Source: Thermostichus sp. DRC_bins_24 (GTDB taxonomy: Bacteria; Cyanobacteriota; Cyanobacteriia; Thermostichales; Thermostichaceae). Taken from it: DNA of 10,253 nucleotides. This document shows positions 1-5,263 of this stretch, piece by piece. The notes below the pieces were generated by a model. It was given only the letters and a program-made list of their open reading frames with translations. It did not search any database and was not told the origin of the DNA. Location of the stretch: positions 1 to 10,253 of the forward strand of contig JAUQVK010000023.1 in NCBI GenBank assembly GCA_039794845.1, in the 5' to 3' direction. Position 1 is the stretch's first letter, and the number at the start of each line of letters is the position of its first letter. The position numbers were made by a program, and so were the translations under genes.

Positions 1-866
1 TTCATTCATGTACATTTTTGCCCTCTTACTCGTGCCAGCGTGTCCTTGTGCATGAACTAGAATCATGTTCTATGCCATTGAGGTCTGGTGAGTACCTTGG
101 CAGAAATACCACTTCATGGCCTCCTGCTTTCACCAACTCCCTTATCCTCTCCTTGCGATGTTCCTCTAGGTCATGCAGAACACGATGAATCAAGGCATTA
201 TCACAGTCAAGACCGATGGTCTTTCTTAACTTGGTGTTAGGTATCGCCCTAGCCATCCCTAATGCTCCACATCGCTTGCGCGACCAAATCCTTCTGGGTT
301 TAAGCTGCTCTGAAAAAGCATGGGTGCTATCAAGCTTTTCTTCTTCTGCCTACCGGCCACTACAGCTCTTGCGTGGTTCTTCTACAGCAAGACTTGTGCT
401 TTCCGTTCCTGTTCCCGCTACGCGGGATGCGGAGCACTATCCGGATAAAAGGGGAGGTCTCGGCTTCTACGGTTGTAGGTGATTAGCGAAGTATTTAATT
501 CTATCTTGCTATCTTGACAATTGTTTCAGCAGGACTGAGTTCCTTCTCTTTCCTGAGACCTTAGCTCTTTTTTTTCGTGTTATTTTCATTTGCTTCAGAG
601 CATAGTGAATCGCACTCGGTTGAACGCCAAATATCTTGGCTCTATCCTTTAACTTAGCTTCTGGGTACTGCTCCACATGCTCTTTGAGGGCAGCCCAGTC
701 AATCTTTCGCGCTCGTCTCTTGACTACGGTCGGTCTGAGGTCATCTCGGCCTAGCCAGCGATAAACAGTTGAACGGCTGACTTCGTAAATCCGTGCAGCT
801 GCCGTCGGGCCACCTCCTTTCTCGATATACCTAACGACCCTCTCTCAAGTCCAAGCTGTGGCTCAT
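1..866 (-). pseudogene. IS630-family transposase pseudogene
   Basis: ATG at 866 gives MSHSLDL, then a 2-nt loss in a GA run near 841-845. It continues ERVVRYIEKGGGPTAAARIYEVSRSTVYRWLGRDDLRPTVVKRRARKIDWAALKEHVEQYPEAKLKDRAKIFGVQPSAIHYALKQMKITRKK, with a frame change at the A8 run (568..575). Later fragments are ELRSQERE, QDRIKYF, VAGRQKKKSLIAPMLFQSSLNPEGF, GWLGRYL, DNALIHR, GHEVVFLPRYSPDLNGIEHD and KRAKMY. The DNA..H and LPxYSPDLNxIE motifs are IS630 DDE hallmarks. The first catalytic motif (YIDESG-like) is missing, and there are in-frame stops and insertions. Confidence 0.9.
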
Positions 867-915
867 GGAGCTCCCTCTCATGATTCATCTCCAGGTCATG
901 TTACCTTTAGCACCG

Positions 916-939
916 TCTCATCCTCAACTGAATTGACTA
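916..939 (-). repeat. Left terminal inverted repeat of the IS630 element
   Basis: The minus strand reads TAGTCAATTCAGTTGAGGATGAGA, about 50 nt upstream of the transposase ATG. It closely resembles the 24-bp ISY100 end as I recall it (TAGTCATTTCAATTAACGATGAGA). The partner repeat is outside the window. Confidence 0.7.
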
Positions 940-999
940 CAGGCCGTCATGAGTGAATGCGCTACCGGTCCACAACAAAAACAAAGGCCGGAGCGAGGG

Positions 1000-2154
1000 T
1001 TATCCCAGGTTAGGGCAGAAGGTGCTGGTGGGGTCAAACTGTTGCCGTAGCTTACGCATTAGGATCGCGGTGGGGCCGAAATCGTGGGCTAGGGCGGCCT
1101 TCAGGCCTGGGGGGGCTTCCAGAAGTGTCAGAAATCCTCCTGCAGACCGGAGGAAGCGTTGCAGCTGCGTCAGGGATCCCCTTTCGGGATTCTTTATCCA
1201 AGCTCGCCCTAGCCCACAGCCCCGATGCAGTTGCACCTGAGTTTCCGGGAATAGGGTTTGAAACTGCTGTAAAGCCGCCAAGCTCTGGTTGGGCAAACAC
1301 CCCCATTTGGCCAGCACCCCCTCTGAACTGGATTGTGGCATGGGCAAAGCCCCGGGGTTCACCTCCTGCCAAGCCAACTCCAAGGGGGCCAACTGTCGGG
1401 TTTGGGTCATCTGTTCGGCAATCACTCGCTCTGACCCGTGAAAGGTGAGCAACAGCTGCGATCCCTCTGCCCTCAGCCAAAGATCTACCCCCACAGGGCT
1501 AACCTGGCCTGCCAGTACCCGCTGACACAGTACCTCTAAATCCTGCAGGGATCCTGTAGCCAGCAAACCCGACCGGGCCGCCGGTAGAGGATAAAGCCGC
1601 AAACTCACTTGGGTCAAAATGCCCAAACTGCCTAGGGATCCGGTGAACAGCTTCATCAGGTCGTAGCCGGCAACATTTTTCACCACCCGTCCCCCCGCTT
1701 TGGCCACTTCCCCATCTGCGCGCACAAAGGTGATGCCCAACAGCAAGTCGCGGATCCCGCCGTAGCGCTGGCGCAGGGATCCTGTATCGGCGGTGGCGAT
1801 AATGCCCCCCACGGTGGCCCAGTCGGAATACAGGGGATCCACCGGCCACCATTGCCCCTGCTCCGCCAAAATCTGCTGCAACTCCGCCAGGGTCATGCCT
1901 GCTTCTACGGTGACGGTGAGGTCGGCAGCTGCATGATCGATCAAGCGACACAACCCCCGCGTGCTGAGGATCTGATCCACAGGCTCCAGCGAATGCGCCC
2001 ACCCTAATTTGCTCCCGTTCCCCAGGGGCAGCACTTTCTGCCCTCGGCACTCCTTCAGGATCCCGGCCAACTCAGCTACGGTCGATGGGATCTGAATTGA
2101 CAGAGAATCAGGCTGCCCCGAGAGAAAGGCTGCCAACGGAGGAGCAAAAGACAT
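1000..2154 (-). CDS. glcE: FAD-binding oxidoreductase, glycolate oxidase/dehydrogenase FAD subunit GlcE
   Basis: 384 aa. Motifs GNGSKLGW, DLTVTVEAGMTL, ATVGGIIATADTGSLRQRYGGIRDLLLG and GGRVVKNVAGYDLMKLFTGSLGSLG are typical of FAD_binding_4/GlcE. The C-terminus reads LRQQFDP. Confidence 0.85.
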   Translation of the reverse strand: MSFAPPLAAFLSGQPDSLSIQIPSTVAELAGILKECRGQKVLPLGNGSKLGWAHSLEPVDQILSTRGLCRLIDHAAADLTVTVEAGMTLAELQQILAEQGQWWPVDPLYSDWATVGGIIATADTGSLRQRYGGIRDLLLGITFVRADGEVAKAGGRVVKNVAGYDLMKLFTGSLGSLGILTQVSLRLYPLPAARSGLLATGSLQDLEVLCQRVLAGQVSPVGVDLWLRAEGSQLLLTFHGSERVIAEQMTQTRQLAPLELAWQEVNPGALPMPQSSSEGVLAKWGCLPNQSLAALQQFQTLFPETQVQLHRGCGLGRAWIKNPERGSLTQLQRFLRSAGGFLTLLEAPPGLKAALAHDFGPTAILMRKLRQQFDPTSTFCPNLG

Positions 2155-2319
2155 GGAGGATAGCAGGGAATAGAGTCTGAATCACCCCAACCGAGGGGGT
2201 CATTTCACCATACTCCAGTCTGTGGGGGCAAAACCTTGTGTTTCGGTAACAGCCTGAGCAGAAGGCACCCTTGTACCGGGGCCGGCCCCTGAGTAAACAC
2301 CTAAGGTAACAAATGAGTT

Positions 2320-2610
2320 TCAAGACCCCTGGGATCCCGGTTCGGGCTCTTGCCGCCGAATCAGGTAACGCACTTCTTCGAGCAAGACATTGAAGCGTTG
2401 ATCGGTTTCTGCTTGCCGCTGACGGAACTCTTGCAATTCCTGCTCGTGCCGCTCTTGATTGGCCACAACTTGATCCATTCGCTGGGCAACCTGATCCACC
2501 CGTTGCACCACTTGGCGAAGGATCCCGGCCATATCCCCCAACTGCTCTTGAAACCGAAGCTGGGCATCCACCAAGCGGCCAAAGCGCTCGTTTAATTCTT
2601 CATCGGTCAT
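2320..2610 (-). CDS. Small coiled-coil hypothetical protein, tandem copy 2 (96 aa)
   Basis: Q/E/R-rich heptad pattern. Near-identical to the upstream copy. Its ATG overlaps the upstream stop (ATGA, 2607..2610). Divergence from the paralog is mostly synonymous. Confidence 0.85.
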   Translation of the reverse strand: MTDEELNERFGRLVDAQLRFQEQLGDMAGILRQVVQRVDQVAQRMDQVVANQERHEQELQEFRQRQAETDQRFNVLLEEVRYLIRRQEPEPGSQGS

Positions 2611-2887
2611 GAGGAGCTCCCTGGATCAATGTCCGGTTCAGGCTCTTGCCGCCGAATTAGGTAACGCACTTCTTCGAGCAAGACGTTGAAGCGTTGATCG
2701 GTTTCTGCTTGCCTTTGACGGAACTCTTGCAATTCCTGCTCGTGCCGCTCTTGATTGGCAGCCAATTGATCCACCCGTTGCACCACTTGGCGAAGGATCC
2801 CGGCCATATCCCCCAGCTGCTCTTGAAACCGAAGCTGGGCATCCACCAAGCGGCCAAAGCGCTCGTTTAATTCTTCATCGGTCATGA
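2337..2887. repeat. Tandem gene duplication: 2337..2612 (276 bp) and 2633..2887 (255 bp)
   Basis: Manual alignment shows about 10 substitutions plus one 21-nt in-frame indel. Confidence 0.95.
2607..2885 (-). CDS. Small coiled-coil hypothetical protein, tandem copy 1 (92 aa; start placed at 2885, not 2990)
   Basis: MTDEELNERFGRLVDAQLRFQEQLG start is identical to the paralog. The 2990 extension overlaps the Nudix gene and has no counterpart in the paralog. Confidence 0.85.
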   Translation of the reverse strand: MTDEELNERFGRLVDAQLRFQEQLGDMAGILRQVVQRVDQLAANQERHEQELQEFRQRQAETDQRFNVLLEEVRYLIRRQEPEPDIDPGSSS

Positions 2888-2913
2888 AAGGCTGCTGCTC
2901 AGTGCTTATTTCG

Positions 2914-2919
2914 ATACTA
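2914..2919 (-). promoter_or_regulatory. Possible -10 element (TAGTAT) for the coiled-coil gene pair
   Basis: TANNNT hexamer about 30 nt upstream of the ATG at 2885, in the short intergenic gap. Motif match only. Confidence 0.3.
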
Positions 2920-2944
2920 TCCCAGGGCACCCACGGATCCCCCT

Positions 2945-3496
2945 TTAAGATTGTTCTGCCGCCAAAAACAGTTGGGCTCGCCATAAGCACGTGATGGATT
3001 TGCTATCCAGATCCATTCCAGAGCGGGCGATTTCTGTGAGTTCAGAAGGAGAAAATTCTACGACCGTAATGTCTTCATCTTCATCCTTATCGGGAGGGGA
3101 ATCCAGCACTTCCAAATCTCGGGCCAAATAGGCATACATGATCTCATTAGAATATCCGGGGCACAAATAAAATTGCCCAAGAGAATCCCAGCGATGGGCA
3201 CGTAACCCGGTTTCTTCTTCGAGTTCTCGTCGAATGGTTTCATCGGGGTGTTCGCCTGGCTCGAGCGTGCCTGCCGGGAACTCGTAAAGGTAGGAGGCAA
3301 CCGCAAAGCGATATTGACGAATACACACAAACTTGCCTGCTGCCGTCATTGGTACCACCACCGCCCCACCCGGATGGATGAGATATTCTCGTTCTCCCTC
3401 TTTGCCATTGGGAAAGCGCATCCGTTGACTGACGAAGGTGTATTTGTAGCCTTGAAAGCGCAAACGTTCACGAATAACCTGCGAGGGATCCGACAT
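2945..3496 (-). CDS. Nudix hydrolase, ADP-ribose pyrophosphatase (NudF)-like
   Basis: Perfect Nudix box GTLEPGEHPDETIRRELEEETGL. Also HPGGAVVVP, RQYRFAV..YEFPAG, the conserved PG in LCPGYSNE, and DEDEDI. Confidence 0.9.
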   Translation of the reverse strand: MSDPSQVIRERLRFQGYKYTFVSQRMRFPNGKEGEREYLIHPGGAVVVPMTAAGKFVCIRQYRFAVASYLYEFPAGTLEPGEHPDETIRRELEEETGLRAHRWDSLGQFYLCPGYSNEIMYAYLARDLEVLDSPPDKDEDEDITVVEFSPSELTEIARSGMDLDSKSITCLWRAQLFLAAEQS

Positions 3497-3752
3497 GGCA
3501 AGAGTCCAAGCGAGGGGGCCGCACCCAGCTTACAGCTCTTGAGCGGGTTTCCTGCAGCTTGGTCTGTGCTTCTGTCTCTCACCCAGCCAGAAGGTTTCAA
3601 CCTAAACTGTAGTATGTGACTAGCGAAAGGGCTGTGATCTTTTCCGGTAGATGCGAGAGCACTAACCGCAGCCGCCGGCCCTGTTGCCGTGGGATCCCTG
3701 GATTGGGATAGAGTCAGGAGGCGATGTTGCAGGGATCCGCGAGTTGGGCCTC

Positions 3753-5255
3753 ATGATTTATCCTCCCCTGAAGGACTTTCTTCCCCTTACCGAGCAGGGC
3801 AATTTCATCCCGGTGTATCAGGAATGGGTGGCGGATCTGGAAACACCGGTCTCTGCTTGGTATCGGGTTTGTGCCGGCCAGCCCTACAACTTTTTGCTGG
3901 AATCGGTGGAGGGGGGGGAGCAGATCGCCCGTTACAGTTTCTTGGGCTGTGACCCCCTTTGGACGTTGGAAGTGCGTGGGGATCAGGCGCTGCAAATTCA
4001 CCGCGATGGCCGGCGAGAGCAGCACCAAGGGGATCCCTTTGCCATTTTGGCCCGGTGTTTGCAGCCCTATCAGCCGGTGCATTTGCCGGAGTTGCCCAGC
4101 AGCATTGGCGGCCTTTTCGGTTACTGGGGCTATGAGCTCATCCATTGGATCGAGCCGAAAGTGCCTATTTACCCGGGCCAAGCGGGGGATCCGCCGGATG
4201 CCATTTTTATGCAGGTGGATAGCATTCTGTTGTTTGACCAGGTGAAGCGCAAGATCTGGGTGGTTGCCTTTGCCGATACCCGCCAGCAGTCGGCTCAGTT
4301 AGCCTACGAACAAGCCTGCCAACGGGTGGAACGCTTGGTGCAACAGTTAAGTGCCCCGGTTTCGACGGCCAACCTCAGCTTGAACTGGAAACCGCAACTG
4401 CCCAGCGGGATCCCCCCCAGCAACCTCAGCCCGGCGGCCTATCAAGCGGCGGTGCAACAGGCCAAAGAATACATTCGTGCCGGGGATATTTTTCAGGTGG
4501 TGCTCTCGCAACGCTTTACCACCCCCTTTCGGGGGGATCCCTTTCATCTCTACCGCTCCCTGCGCCTGATCAACCCCTCCCCCTACATGGCGTTTATGCA
4601 GTTCGGGGATCTGTACCTGATCGGCTCTAGCCCAGAGGTGATGGTGAAGCTCAGCCAAGCCGGAGAGGAACGAGTCGCCACCGTGCGCCCGATTGCCGGA
4701 ACTCGCCCACGGGGAGCAACCCCTGCTGAGGATCGGGAATTGGAACAAGATCTCTTGGCTGACCCGAAGGAACGGGCTGAGCATGTGATGCTGGTGGATC
4801 TGGGCCGCAATGATCTGGGCCGGGTGTGCAAGCTGGGATCCGTACAGGTGGATGACCTGATGCAGATCGAACGCTACAGCCATGTCATGCACATCGTCAG
4901 CAACGTGGTGGGGCAACTGGATCCCCAACACAGCGCCTGGGATCTCTTGCGAGCCACGTTTCCCGCCGGCACGGTTACGGGTGCCCCGAAAATCCGCGCC
5001 ATGCAGATCATCCACGAGCTGGAGGGATCCCGACGCGGCCCCTATTCCGGTGCCTACGGCTACTACGACTTTTCCGGCCAACTGAACACCGCGATCACCA
5101 TCCGCACCCTGATGGTGCAAAACGGCCAGGTGACCTTGCAGGTGGGGGCAGGCATTGTCGCCGATTCGGAGCCCGAGAAAGAATACCAAGAGTGCCTGAA
5201 CAAAGCCCGGGGCATGCTGATGGCCCTGGCCAGCCTCCAGGAGGGATCCCGGTAA
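3753..5255 (+). CDS. trpE: Anthranilate synthase component I
   Basis: LETPVSAW, FLLESVEGGEQIARYSF and NPSPYM (Trp feedback motifs), GDIFQVVLSQRF, RPIAGTRPRG, KERAEHVMLVDLGRNDLGRV, FPAGTVTGAPKIRAM and GAGIVADS. Start placed at ATG 3753 (MIYP), which matches the cyanobacterial TrpE N-terminus, rather than TTG 3684. Confidence 0.96.
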   Translation: MIYPPLKDFLPLTEQGNFIPVYQEWVADLETPVSAWYRVCAGQPYNFLLESVEGGEQIARYSFLGCDPLWTLEVRGDQALQIHRDGRREQHQGDPFAILARCLQPYQPVHLPELPSSIGGLFGYWGYELIHWIEPKVPIYPGQAGDPPDAIFMQVDSILLFDQVKRKIWVVAFADTRQQSAQLAYEQACQRVERLVQQLSAPVSTANLSLNWKPQLPSGIPPSNLSPAAYQAAVQQAKEYIRAGDIFQVVLSQRFTTPFRGDPFHLYRSLRLINPSPYMAFMQFGDLYLIGSSPEVMVKLSQAGEERVATVRPIAGTRPRGATPAEDRELEQDLLADPKERAEHVMLVDLGRNDLGRVCKLGSVQVDDLMQIERYSHVMHIVSNVVGQLDPQHSAWDLLRATFPAGTVTGAPKIRAMQIIHELEGSRRGPYSGAYGYYDFSGQLNTAITIRTLMVQNGQVTLQVGAGIVADSEPEKEYQECLNKARGMLMALASLQEGSR

Positions 5256-5263
5256 TTGGCTGG

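Larger units (their letters stand above)
1..939 (-). mobile_element. Degenerate IS630-family (ISY100/ISTcSa-like) insertion sequence; its right end lies outside the window
   Basis: Minus-strand transposase fragments are colinear with ISY100-type transposase as I recall it. A terminal inverted repeat-like end sits at 916..939. The region is more AT-rich than its neighbours and I found no GATC in it. Confidence 0.9.

Noticed and set aside
26..256. 76-aa ORF as an independent gene
   Set aside because: It is a frameshifted fragment of the transposase pseudogene and includes insert-derived residues.
216..482. 88-aa + strand ORF with a hydrophobic start
   Set aside because: Antisense to the decayed transposase, with no recognisable motif.
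28..543. CRISPR array as the explanation for spaced short inserts
   Set aside because: There is no conserved direct repeat, spacing is irregular, and the intervening DNA is transposase.
1000..2154. glcE without glcD/glcF as an anomaly
   Set aside because: glc genes are commonly dispersed in cyanobacterial genomes.
2886..2990. N-terminal extension of the 127-aa ORF
   Set aside because: It overlaps the Nudix gene, and paralog similarity begins at the Met at 2885.
3684..3752. trp attenuator or leader peptide (MPWDPW has two Trp codons)
   Set aside because: It is in frame with trpE with no stop, uses a TTG start, and has no terminator/antiterminator hairpins. One Trp codon simply overlaps a GGGATCCC site.
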